From contig DAOWGY010000013.1 of the NCBI GenBank assembly GCA_030641695.1, forward strand, positions 1-35,473: 35,473 nt of DNA, given 5' to 3'. The DNA is from Gammaproteobacteria bacterium (GTDB lineage Bacteria > Pseudomonadota > Gammaproteobacteria > Steroidobacterales > Woeseiaceae). Under the pieces are notes generated by a model that saw only the letters and a program-made list of their open reading frames with translations, searched no databases and was not told the DNA's origin. The translations under genes and the position numbers were made by a program. Below are positions 17,840 through 26,338 of the stretch, one piece after another (positions within the stretch are counted from its first letter, which is position 1; each line of letters opens with the position of its first letter).

Positions 17840-19573
17840 ATGAAAAAAGTATTCCTGTGCGTAGCCTTTTTGACGCTTGCGGCATGTGGCGGCAGTGACG
17901 ATCGTAGCGAATCGCAAGCCGAGGCCGTTACAGAGCAACAGCCACCGTGGACGGAATTTGCCGCATCGACAATTGACGAGTACTACCGGCAAAATCCCGA
18001 GCAAGCCGTCGATGCTGGCCTTCACGAATACGATGGTCGGGCGAGCGACTGGAGCATTGCCGCCATGCAGGAGTACGCTACCTGGCTGCAGACGACCGTC
18101 GACGATGCACAGTCATACACGGACCTCGTGGGCCTCGAGGCTTTCGAAAGGGACTACCTGGTACAGGCGCTCGGCAGCCGGCTGTTCTGGATAAACCGTT
18201 CCGGGTTTGCAACGAATAATCCCGTCGCCTACACGGGACGCATCGGCGTTGGCGTGTATATCGATCGCGAATACGCACCGCCTGACGCGCGCCTGAGGGC
18301 ATACACCGAGTATGTGTCCAACTTGCCGCGAATGTTGCAGCAGATGCGTGACAACCTCGAGCCGCCGTTGCCCAAACCGTACGTCGAAATGGGCCACAGA
18401 ATTCTCGCGGGGCTCGCGGATTATCTTGAAGGCACGGTGCCGGGCATGTTCGCGACGGTGGACGACGAAGACCTGCAACGTCAGTTCGCGTTCGTCAACG
18501 AAGCCGCCGTGACGTCGGTGCGAGAAACCGCAGACTGGCTCGAGGGACTCAAGGCGACGGCAACGCAGGACTATGCGTTCGGCGAGGCGCTTTTCTTGCG
18601 CATGATCCGGGAGACGCAGGGTCTCGATATTTCGCTGGCGGACCTCAAAGCTGCGGGGCAGGCGAACCTGGACAGCAACCTGGCCTCACTGTTCGAGGCC
18701 TGCGCGGAATTCGCGCCGGGCGAGAGCACCGAGGACTGCGTGCTCAAGGTGCAGAACCGCAAGCCGCCTGAGGGTGCGGTCGGCGGCGCAACGCGTCAGC
18801 TTCCCGGCATCAAACAGTTCATCGTGGATAACGACATCGTGTCGATCCCCGGAACCGAAGAGGCACTGGTTGCTGAGGCGCCACCGCATCGCCGCTTCAA
18901 CTTCGCCTACATCGAGATTCCGGGGCCGTTCGAGCAAGGCTTGCCATCGGTGTATTACATCGCGCCACCGGATCCTTCCTGGAGCGAGGAAGACCAGCTG
19001 GCCTACATCGCGGGCGAGACCGATTTGCTGGCAACGTCGATACACGAGGTGTGGCCGGGCCATTTCCTGCAGTTCCTGCACGCGAATCGCACCGAGAATA
19101 ATGTCGGCCGGCACTTCAGCACGTATTCGTATACCGAGGGCTGGGCGCATTACACCGAGCAGATGATGCTTGACGCCGGCTTCGGCGACGGCGACCCCGA
19201 GTTTCGTATCGGTCAGTTGCTGAAAGCGCTGTTGAGAAACGTGCGCTACATGTCGGCGATCGGCCTGCACGCCGAGGGCATGACGGTCGAAGAGAGCCGG
19301 GCGATGTTCGAGAATCAGGCGTTCCAGGATTTCGGTAACGCATCGCAACAGGCCTACCGGGGAACTTACGATCCGGGATATCTCAACTACACGCTCGGCA
19401 AACTCATGATCACCAAGCTGCGTGAGGACTGGACGACGGGCCGTGGTGGCCGCGAGGCCTGGGGACGCTTCCACGACCAGTTTCTGAGCTACGGCTCACC
19501 GCCGGTCCCGCTGATCCGCAAGGAAATGCTGGGCGAGGACTACGAGGGTGATACGGCCTTATTGCCGAATTAG
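17840..19573 (+). CDS. DUF885-family protein, predicted lipoprotein (putative metallopeptidase fold)
   Basis: Lipobox LTLAAC. HEVWPGHFLQ matches the DUF885 HE.xPGHxxQ signature. GGGAGG RBS. It starts 22 nt after the preceding gene. Confidence 0.75.
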   Translation: MKKVFLCVAFLTLAACGGSDDRSESQAEAVTEQQPPWTEFAASTIDEYYRQNPEQAVDAGLHEYDGRASDWSIAAMQEYATWLQTTVDDAQSYTDLVGLEAFERDYLVQALGSRLFWINRSGFATNNPVAYTGRIGVGVYIDREYAPPDARLRAYTEYVSNLPRMLQQMRDNLEPPLPKPYVEMGHRILAGLADYLEGTVPGMFATVDDEDLQRQFAFVNEAAVTSVRETADWLEGLKATATQDYAFGEALFLRMIRETQGLDISLADLKAAGQANLDSNLASLFEACAEFAPGESTEDCVLKVQNRKPPEGAVGGATRQLPGIKQFIVDNDIVSIPGTEEALVAEAPPHRRFNFAYIEIPGPFEQGLPSVYYIAPPDPSWSEEDQLAYIAGETDLLATSIHEVWPGHFLQFLHANRTENNVGRHFSTYSYTEGWAHYTEQMMLDAGFGDGDPEFRIGQLLKALLRNVRYMSAIGLHAEGMTVEESRAMFENQAFQDFGNASQQAYRGTYDPGYLNYTLGKLMITKLREDWTTGRGGREAWGRFHDQFLSYGSPPVPLIRKEMLGEDYEGDTALLPN

Positions 19574-20656
19574 CACGTTCTTTTCGACGTAAGGCAACTG
19601 CTGCCCGAACAGGCGGGTCAGGTACAATCGTTCGCTTGTCTCACACACGCCCGTCATCAATGGGTAGGTGGCGTCCGGGTCCTGCAAGTTAGCGAGTACT
19701 TCGCCGTCGCCGCTGATCGCGATGACGTGAGACGATGGCCGGGCTCTCGGCCTGGCCCAGGCCGGTAGCCGTTGCACGAGTTTGCGCAGAAAAGGCTTGT
19801 CCGAAAGCCCGTCGAGCATTGCGTTGCGCGGCGCAACGAAGCCCACCCAGAATCGGCCATCCGAGCCCGAGTTGATATTGTCGGGAAAGCCGGGAAGATT
19901 GTCGATGAGGACTTCCGTCGTTCCGGCATCAGGTCCTTGCAGCCAGTGTTTCAGTATCCGGTAGCTTCCCGTTTCTGCCACCAGCAGGAACCGTTGGTCT
20001 TCGCTCAGTGCAACACCGTTTGCGAAGTTGAGCCCGTCGATAATGACGCGTACATCACCGCTGCCGGGGTCGAATGCAATTATGCGGCCGTGCCCGCCAT
20101 GTTCCATGATATCGAGCAGGCTTGCGGTATAACTGCCGCCCCAGGCTTCTGCGCCGAATTTCGTCGACGCTTCGGAAAAATAGATGGTGCCATCGGCGCC
20201 GACGGCCAGGTCGTCGGCATAAACGAGCGGTACACCGTCGATTGATGTCAGCAGGTTACTGACGCTGCCGTCCCGGGAGATCTTCTGGATACCGACGTAG
20301 GCATTGGCGATGAACAATTCGCCGTCGCTGTTCGCCTCGATACCCAATGGCCTGCCGTCCACGCTGGCGAATTTCGTAATCGTGTCGCTGGCGGGTCCGA
20401 TACGGATAACCGAGCCATCCGAGGTCGTCGCATATAGCGCACCGTCGCCGCCGAGAGCCACGTCTTCAGGTCCCTCGAAAACGCCGAGACCGAACGCTTT
20501 CGCGTTCGACAGCGCGTCGTTTTGGACAAAAAGTCCGGTCAGGCCACGGTTTTCGGGTGCCTGCCAGGCCTCGGGCTCGATCGGTACCGGCCAGGCGAGC
20601 AGGTACGACAACAACAGCCCGACAGCAATCGCCAGTACGATGAGCGGTCGTTTCAT
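19559..20656 (-). CDS. Strictosidine-synthase-like six-bladed beta-propeller protein (SMP-30/APMAP-like), N-terminal membrane anchor or signal
   Basis: MKRPLIVLAIAVGLLLSYLLA, then GPEDVALGGDGALYATTSDG, GRPLGIEANSDGELFIANAY, ADDLAVGADGTIYFSEAS, NFANGVALSEDQRFLLVAET and FPDNINSGSDGRFWVG, which is the Str_synth repeat pattern. Confidence 0.7.
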   Translation of the reverse strand: MKRPLIVLAIAVGLLLSYLLAWPVPIEPEAWQAPENRGLTGLFVQNDALSNAKAFGLGVFEGPEDVALGGDGALYATTSDGSVIRIGPASDTITKFASVDGRPLGIEANSDGELFIANAYVGIQKISRDGSVSNLLTSIDGVPLVYADDLAVGADGTIYFSEASTKFGAEAWGGSYTASLLDIMEHGGHGRIIAFDPGSGDVRVIIDGLNFANGVALSEDQRFLLVAETGSYRILKHWLQGPDAGTTEVLIDNLPGFPDNINSGSDGRFWVGFVAPRNAMLDGLSDKPFLRKLVQRLPAWARPRARPSSHVIAISGDGEVLANLQDPDATYPLMTGVCETSERLYLTRLFGQQLPYVEKNVLIRQ

Positions 20657-20663
20657 CGCCGGC

Positions 20664-21269
20664 CTATCGTTTCGCGTCGATCATGCGCAGGAACTCGGAG
20701 CGCGTGCGTGCATCCTTGCGAAACAGTCCGAGCATCTGGCTCGTTACCATCGATACGTCGGACTTGTGGATTCCACGAGTGGTCATGCACTGGTGGGTGG
20801 CCTCGATGACCACGCCGACGCCCTTCGGGTTGAGTACGTCCAGGATGCAGTTTGCGATCTGCGCTGTCATTTTCTCCTGCACCTGGAAGCGCCTGGCAAA
20901 TGCCTCGACGACGCGCGCGAGCTTGCTGATTCCGACCACCTTGTTGTTCGGCAAATAGCCGACGTGCGCGCAGCCGATAATCGGCGCCATATGATGTTCG
21001 CAATGAGATTCGAAGCCGATGTCACGCAGCACGATCATTTCGTCGTAGCCGTCGACTTCCTCGAATGTGCGCTTCAGAAAGCGTACCGGGTCCTCCTTGT
21101 AGCCGCCGAACCAGTCCTCGTAGGCGCCGACCACGCGTCGTGGCGTGTCGATCAGGCCTTCACGATCCGGATTTTCGCCGGCCCACAACAACAGCGTTCG
21201 AACGGCTTCCTCAGCCTGCCTGCGGCCCGGTTTGCGGGGCTTGCCAGTTTTTTTTGATTTGCCGGCCAC
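20664..21269 (-). CDS. folE: GTP cyclohydrolase I (FolE type 1)
   Basis: 201 aa with [12 protein letters not shown] and THQCMTTRG motifs. Confidence 0.92.
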   Translation of the reverse strand: MAGKSKKTGKPRKPGRRQAEEAVRTLLLWAGENPDREGLIDTPRRVVGAYEDWFGGYKEDPVRFLKRTFEEVDGYDEMIVLRDIGFESHCEHHMAPIIGCAHVGYLPNNKVVGISKLARVVEAFARRFQVQEKMTAQIANCILDVLNPKGVGVVIEATHQCMTTRGIHKSDVSMVTSQMLGLFRKDARTRSEFLRMIDAKR

Positions 21270-21336
21270 GATGGGGTCCTGCGGTGTGAGTTGCCGATAC
21301 TACCGGGATTAACGATATCGTTACAACGCCTGGCGC

Positions 21337-21999
21337 TTACGCCGATTGTCGGTCGAGTTCGAGCCCCACGGGGCAGCTCACGCCCGTGCCGCCGATACCG
21401 CAGTAGCCGGCCGGGTTCTTTGCCAGGTATTGCTGGTGATAGTCCTCAGCGTAGTAGAACCTGTCGAGCGGCAGAATCTCGGTAGTAACTTTGCCGTAAC
21501 CAGACTTGGTCAATTCGGCCTGGTAAGCAGCCAGTGATTGCTGCGCCTCGCTCTGTTGTGCGTCGTTGCCGCTGTAAATGGCAGACCGGTACTGCGTGCC
21601 TGTGTCATTACCCTGTCGCATTCCCTGTGTCGGGTCGTGCGCTTCCCAGAAAACCTCCAGCAATTGCTCGTAACTGACGACCGCCGGATCGAAGACGACC
21701 AGTACGACCTCCGTGTGCCCGGTGAGACCGCTGCAGACTTCCTCGTAAGTCGGGTGCGGTGTGATGCCTCCCGCGTACCCGGCTGCCGTGCTGAAGACCC
21801 CGTCGGTCTCCCAAAATCGCCGCTCAGCGCCCCAGAAACAGCCGAGCCCGAACACGGCAATGCGCAAGTGTTCAGGGAACGGCTCTTTGAGCGGATTGCC
21901 GTTGACGAAATGCGAGTTAGCCGTCGGCATGGGATCGTCGCGACCGGGCAGTGCCGCGTCACGGGCAGGGAGGACGAGTTTCTTGTCTTCGTCGAACAT
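21337..21999 (-). CDS. msrA: Peptide-methionine (S)-S-oxide reductase MsrA
   Basis: [25 protein letters not shown]...[10 protein letters not shown]...GHTEVV...YHQQYL. Start at ATG 21999. The ORF-track start at 22287 is a spurious extension overlapping the M23 gene. Confidence 0.92.
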   Translation of the reverse strand: MFDEDKKLVLPARDAALPGRDDPMPTANSHFVNGNPLKEPFPEHLRIAVFGLGCFWGAERRFWETDGVFSTAAGYAGGITPHPTYEEVCSGLTGHTEVVLVVFDPAVVSYEQLLEVFWEAHDPTQGMRQGNDTGTQYRSAIYSGNDAQQSEAQQSLAAYQAELTKSGYGKVTTEILPLDRFYYAEDYHQQYLAKNPAGYCGIGGTGVSCPVGLELDRQSA

Positions 22000-22000
22000 C

Positions 22001-22837
22001 TCAGGTCGCCTGGTAGCGTGCGCCGGCCCGTGCCCGCCTGACCGTACCGTCCGCGCTCTGAAAGCGCACGGGAATCGACTGTGTGTTACCCCATTCCGTG
22101 GCACGGTACACGGCGAAATGCAGGTGCGGCATCGTGGTGTGTCCCGTGTTGCCCGACAGGCCGATTTTTTGTCCGCGGGCGACGCTGTCACCCACGTTGA
22201 CGAGCGCACCTTCGTGTCGCAAGTGGTAGTACTCGCCGGTCGTACCGTCGTTGTGAAGAATGACGATGTAGTTTGCGTAGCGGCCACAACCGTCGCGCCA
22301 GCAGCCTATCGAATGCGACTCCTCGACCCGCGCTACGACGCCTGCGCGTGCTGCATGTACGGGCGTTCCCTCGCGCATGTCGAAATCGATGGCATAGGCT
22401 TCAAGCCCCGTATGGCTGAATCGCGAGCCATACCCCTGCAGCACCCGGTAGGAGCGGCCGCTCGCGTAGGGAAGGGCATAAAGATGATCGTCATCATGCA
22501 CCGCATCCTTATCTCCGACCGTCCACTCGAGAAAGTACCGGTAACGCCCTTCACGTCGTTCGTCGCTCTGGTTGAGCATCATGATGCGCGCCGATTCCTG
22601 TGGTGCGAGCGTGCGTGTCACGGTCTTTGGACCGGCGACGTCGAAATAACGCGTGCGTACCTTGAGCGTATAGGTTACGGGGAAGTCGCGTAGATTCTTG
22701 GCGCGCAATTCAACGTTGCCGCCCTGGTCAACGGCGTCGACACATATCCACTCGTCACGGCAGTCAGCGAACAGCGGCGAGCTGGCGAACAGCGCGGCGA
22801 TTGCGATCAGTAATCCGGAGAATGGCCGTGCACTCAT
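22001..22837 (-). CDS. Secreted M23-family metallopeptidase with an N-terminal beta-rich domain
   Basis: Signal peptide [36 protein letters not shown] (HxxxD) and [10 protein letters not shown] (HxH) are M23 zinc motifs. Its stop lies 1 nt before the msrA start. Confidence 0.8.
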   Translation of the reverse strand: MSARPFSGLLIAIAALFASSPLFADCRDEWICVDAVDQGGNVELRAKNLRDFPVTYTLKVRTRYFDVAGPKTVTRTLAPQESARIMMLNQSDERREGRYRYFLEWTVGDKDAVHDDDHLYALPYASGRSYRVLQGYGSRFSHTGLEAYAIDFDMREGTPVHAARAGVVARVEESHSIGCWRDGCGRYANYIVILHNDGTTGEYYHLRHEGALVNVGDSVARGQKIGLSGNTGHTTMPHLHFAVYRATEWGNTQSIPVRFQSADGTVRRARAGARYQAT

Positions 22838-22863
22838 AATGCGTTCCTGGTGGAAGCCGGTGC

Positions 22864-24522
22864 TCAGGACGATTCGGCGTCTTGGTCGCCGTCTACATCC
22901 TTGCGGCGTTCATCGAGGTCCGATTGCGTGTAGTAGAACAAGTGCGTGAACACATGATCTGTGGATTTCACGGCGTCGGAGTCTTCGTGCATCGGCCGGT
23001 AGATTCGCGAACGCAGCTCACGGTGCACAAGCCGCTGCATGTCGGTGAATTCGGCGGGCTGAACCTCGATGAGCTGAAGTTCGATGACACGCCCCCTCTC
23101 GGTAACCGAGAAGCTGATCGTTACGGAGCCCTGCCCGAAATCGCCATCTACAACGCTCATGGCCTGCGCTTTGGCCCCACCGGCGAATTCGGGGATCGGC
23201 CTTTCGTTAAGCGGGGCGATATGGCCGAGCGCTTCATCACGAAGCATCAGTTTGTCCTCGCTGTCGGACAGCGCCTCCCAGAGTTGGCCATACAACTTCC
23301 GCGCGCGCGTGTGCGTGCCTTGCATCAAGTAGTAGTCGCCGAGTGCGAGCTTGGAGTTGGCCGCAACGAACCAATTCGATTCGGGGTGCGCTTCGGCGAT
23401 TCTGAGTGCGCGCTTGAAATAGATCTCGCCCGTTACGGGATTGTGATGCAGTCCCTGATCCTCGTGCATATCGGTGAAAAAGTATGATTGGCCGAGCTTT
23501 GTCAGTGGATCGATAAGACGTATGTCCGTCTTGTCGGCGTTTGATTCGATAATTCGAATCGTGCGGCGATAGGTTGCCTGTTCATCAGTGATGTAGCCGG
23601 CACCGTGTTGCCACTCGGCGCGCCGCATCAGCGACGGGATCAGCGCAAGCTGGTCATCCTCGTAGCGGCGCTGGTGCAACATGTAGATCTTGTCGTGCAT
23701 CGCCCGGGCCTCTTCGACGGAGCCGAGGCGCAGGCTGGTTTCGGCCAGCGACTCGAGAATTTCGATCTGCCCCATATTGTGCGGGCCGTCATTCACGTGC
23801 GTGATATGAACCGCGCGACTGAACGTGTTTGCAGCAAGATCTGGCCTGCCGGCCTCCAGTTGTGCGGCACCCAGGCCTTTCAGTGGATTGATCAGACGAT
23901 CGTTGAGGCGGTCCTCGATGTCTTCGATGATGTCGATCGCCGTTTCAAAATTCTGTTGTGCGGCGTCGAATTGCTGGTTGCGATGCTGCACGATGCCGAG
24001 GTTGGTTAATGCCTTCGCCGTTTCGGACGATCGCGGGCCGGTAATTTCGATGGCGAGCGTTACGATTCTCTTCGCTACACTGTCGGCTTCGTCGTAGATG
24101 CCCTCCTGCATGAGCCGCTTGTAGCTCTCGAATTGCTGCAGCAGTTCGGTCTTTGGGTCGATGTCGGTTTGCGGAGGCGGTCCCGCAACTTCGGCCTCGT
24201 CGCTGGCGGCGTCCTCCTCGGCGACCGGCACCACCTGGTCCATGAGACCACCGTCGTCGACCGGCACCTCCTGGTCCATGAGACCACCGTCATCGACCGG
24301 CACCTCCTGGTCCATGAGACCACCGTCGATGACCGGCACCTCCTGGTCCATGAGACCACCGTCGATGACCGGCACCTCCTGGTCCATGAGACCATCGTCG
24401 ATGACGACGACAGTATCCGGAGCGTCATCCTGTGCCAGTACCGTGCCGCTGAAAACGACAGCGACGATGGCGGAAGATTGCAGAATCCTGTTGAAAATCA
24501 TGCTCATATTTCGTGCTGTCAC
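22864..24522 (-). CDS. Secreted protein: acidic 12-aa repeat region, then TPR-like helical repeats, then a TonB_C-like C-terminal domain
   Basis: Signal peptide (MSMIFNRILQSSAIVAVVFSGTVLAQ). Five copies of DGGLMDQEVPV(I/D). A long helical region has TPR-like periodicity (AKALTNLGIVQHRNQQFDAAQQNFETAI...). The C-terminus GSVTISFSVTERGRVIELQLIEVQP...RIYRP resembles the TonB C-terminal fold. Start is 24522 (GTG), 24507 or 24501 (ATG). The domain calls rest on pattern recognition only. Confidence 0.6.
   Translation of the reverse strand: MTARNMSMIFNRILQSSAIVAVVFSGTVLAQDDAPDTVVVIDDGLMDQEVPVIDGGLMDQEVPVIDGGLMDQEVPVDDGGLMDQEVPVDDGGLMDQVVPVAEEDAASDEAEVAGPPPQTDIDPKTELLQQFESYKRLMQEGIYDEADSVAKRIVTLAIEITGPRSSETAKALTNLGIVQHRNQQFDAAQQNFETAIDIIEDIEDRLNDRLINPLKGLGAAQLEAGRPDLAANTFSRAVHITHVNDGPHNMGQIEILESLAETSLRLGSVEEARAMHDKIYMLHQRRYEDDQLALIPSLMRRAEWQHGAGYITDEQATYRRTIRIIESNADKTDIRLIDPLTKLGQSYFFTDMHEDQGLHHNPVTGEIYFKRALRIAEAHPESNWFVAANSKLALGDYYLMQGTHTRARKLYGQLWEALSDSEDKLMLRDEALGHIAPLNERPIPEFAGGAKAQAMSVVDGDFGQGSVTISFSVTERGRVIELQLIEVQPAEFTDMQRLVHRELRSRIYRPMHEDSDAVKSTDHVFTHLFYYTQSDLDERRKDVDGDQDAESS
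24223..24402 (-). repeat. Five tandem, in-frame, near-identical 36-bp repeats inside the TPR/TonB_C gene
   Basis: Plus-strand unit GACCGGCACCTCCTGGTCCATGAGACCACCGTCGAT at 24223, 24259, 24295, 24331 and 24367. There are 0-3 mismatches per unit, and units 3 and 4 are identical. Confidence 0.95.
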
Positions 24523-24652
24523 AACGGAGTTGATGGTTAGGCCTGCGGCTGCAGGCGTTTCAATTATGACTCTCTCGGGGCGATTTAGTTCGTGTCTCGA
24601 CTATACCTCGCTCATCGTAAGAGTGGGCCAGGGAAACGGGCCCGGCTCCGTT

Positions 24653-25723
24653 TTATTCGCTGAAATTCAATCCCAGCTGTTGTTGACCCGGTCGCTCGAA
24701 GCGGCTGCAGTCCAGCGTCTGCTGGTAGCGATCGCGGTCTAGACCGTAACGTGTACACGCTGCGCGAAAACGGTTGCCGAGCATGTCAGCGTAGGGGCCG
24801 CGACCGGTCTGGCGAATGCCGAAGCGGTTGTCATAATCCCGTCCGCCGCTTGCCTGGCGCACCAGATTCATCACTCGCTGCGCACGCTCCGGAAAATGCG
24901 CTTCCAGCCACTCGACGAAAAGCTCTTTTACCTCGTACGGTAGCCGCAGAAAGATATATGCCGCCTGCGAGGCACCGGCATTCGATGCGGATTCAAGCAC
25001 TCGCTCGATCTCATCGTCGTTAATCGCCGGTATGACCGGTGCGTACAGGACGCTGACGGGAACCCCGGCAGCGGCCAGCTGCTCTATCGCACGCAGGCGT
25101 ACCGCGGCAGACGGCACCCGTGGTTCCATGATGCGTTTCAATGAGCTATTCATTGTCGGAAGGCTGATCGCAACGGAACACAGCTTGCGCTGCGCAAGCG
25201 GCTCGAAGAGATCAAGGTCTCGTGTAATCAGATTGCTCTTGGTAATGATGTTGACGGGATGCGAGTGGCGGAGAAACAGCTCAAGCAATTCGCGAGTGAC
25301 TCGCGTCGACCGTTCCGCCGGCTGATACGGATCGGTGTTGGCGCCAATGGTTATCGGTTCACAGACGTAGCCCGGTTTTTCCCATTCGTCGGCAAGCCGC
25401 GCCGCTGCGTTCGGCTTGTAAAAAATTTGCGTCTCGAAGTCGAGTCCGGGTGACAGGTCGAGATAGCTGTGACTTGGCCGCGCGTAGCAGTAGATGCAAC
25501 CGTGCTCGCATCCCTGGTAGGGGTTGATGGAACGGTCGAAGGGTACGTCGGGCGATGTATTGCTCGCGATGATTCGGCCTGCGCGCATCGCGCGCAGTTC
25601 GGTCCGGGGCGCGGATTGCGACCGCGCAACGTTCTCTTCGGGGTCGAACTCGACAGGCCGTGTCGTGAAACGGCCCTCGTGGTCCGACACGGCGCCGCGA
25701 CCCTTGTGATGACGAACGAACAT
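24653..25723 (-). CDS. PA0069-family radical SAM protein (COG1533, SplB / DNA-repair-photolyase-like)
   Basis: 356 aa with MFVRHHKGRGAVSDHEGRF... and a CEHGCIYCYARP CxxxCxxC cluster. GGAG RBS 6 nt upstream of the ATG at 25723. Confidence 0.8.
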   Translation of the reverse strand: MFVRHHKGRGAVSDHEGRFTTRPVEFDPEENVARSQSAPRTELRAMRAGRIIASNTSPDVPFDRSINPYQGCEHGCIYCYARPSHSYLDLSPGLDFETQIFYKPNAAARLADEWEKPGYVCEPITIGANTDPYQPAERSTRVTRELLELFLRHSHPVNIITKSNLITRDLDLFEPLAQRKLCSVAISLPTMNSSLKRIMEPRVPSAAVRLRAIEQLAAAGVPVSVLYAPVIPAINDDEIERVLESASNAGASQAAYIFLRLPYEVKELFVEWLEAHFPERAQRVMNLVRQASGGRDYDNRFGIRQTGRGPYADMLGNRFRAACTRYGLDRDRYQQTLDCSRFERPGQQQLGLNFSE

Positions 25724-25732
25724 GCCGCGCTC

Positions 25733-25758
25733 CAGTACTGTATAAAAACACAGTACTG
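25733..25758. promoter_or_regulatory. LexA SOS box (gammaproteobacterial type)
   Basis: CAGTACTGT-ATAAAAAC-ACAGTACTG has perfect 9-bp inverted arms. The core TACTGTATAAAAACACAGTA (25736-25755) fits CTGT-N8-ACAG / TACTGTATATATATACAGTA. It lies 13 nt upstream of the radical SAM ATG. Confidence 0.8.
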
Positions 25759-25778
25759 CGGCAGCGGCCCTGGGTCAA
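25750..25778 (-). promoter_or_regulatory. Candidate sigma-70 promoter of the radical SAM gene, overlapped by the SOS box
   Basis: On the minus strand: TTGACC (25778-25773), a 17-nt spacer, then TACTGT (25755-25750). The -10 element is the promoter-proximal half of the LexA box. Confidence 0.5.
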
Positions 25779-25786
25779 TGACTCCG

Positions 25787-26164
25787 CTAGTTCAGGACTC
25801 TATAGCCGCGGCCTCTCATGCAGTTCTTAAAGACCTGCTGCTTTTGCCGATCGGCGTCGAGGCCGGAGCGTGTGCCGCCATAGATAGCGCCGAGACCGGC
25901 GGCCTCGTCGACTTCGCGTCGATTACTGACGGCGCCTGTTGCGGCACCCACAGCGGCGCCAACGGCGGCACCCTTGCCCACGCCCTGGGCAATGATGATT
26001 TCTTCCGTGTAGACCTCACACTCGTCCCAGTCTTGCGCGAGCCGGTCGGGATCGACACCCTTGGTGTCGATGATCGGGTCAGGGTGCGCTGCGCAGCCCG
26101 CGACCATTGCTACTGTGAGTGCCACTGCCAGTGTCGCGGCGATTGTCGGGAAAGATTTGCGCAT
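25787..26164 (-). CDS. Glycine-zipper outer-membrane lipoprotein (17-kDa antigen / YMGG-like)
   Basis: Lipobox VAGC (MRKSFPTIAATLAVALTVAMVAGC) and a glycine zipper GKGAAVGAAVGAATGAV. Confidence 0.7.
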   Translation of the reverse strand: MRKSFPTIAATLAVALTVAMVAGCAAHPDPIIDTKGVDPDRLAQDWDECEVYTEEIIIAQGVGKGAAVGAAVGAATGAVSNRREVDEAAGLGAIYGGTRSGLDADRQKQQVFKNCMRGRGYRVLN

Positions 26165-26338
26165 CAGGTCTCGATATTCCTCTCGGGCTTCGCCATATTA
26201 TGCACCACCCGACTGAACGCGGCCTTAATCAAGCACGCCCTGTCTCTTGGTTTGAGCGACGCGCGACGTTAAGCTGCGCACGGCCTCTCAATAAGTAACG
26301 CACGGCCTCCGAATACGTTGACAGACTGAAGGCGATCC

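Noticed and set aside
21999-22287. 96-codon N-terminal extension of the msrA ORF
   Set aside because: The extension overlaps the M23 peptidase C-terminus in another frame and is Thr/Ser/Arg-rich. The canonical MsrA N-terminus starts at the ATG at 21999.
20304-22693. Large plus-strand ORFs (20304..21257 and 21761..22693) opposite folE, msrA and the M23 gene
   Set aside because: They are shadow ORFs. The minus-strand products all carry diagnostic catalytic motifs.
24223-24402. A possible CRISPR array, because of the regular 36-bp repeats
   Set aside because: The repeats are directly adjacent with no spacers. They are in frame within a long ORF with a signal peptide, and no cas genes are present.
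26165-26338. A possible metal riboswitch (czcD/NiCo or yybP-ykoY Mn) upstream of the CDF transporter, and a perfect TTGACA at 26317-26322
   Set aside because: I could not recognise either riboswitch consensus. The TTGACA is only 16 nt from the ATG, leaving no room for a -10 and leader unless the mRNA is leaderless, and the expected -10 position has no TAnnnT.
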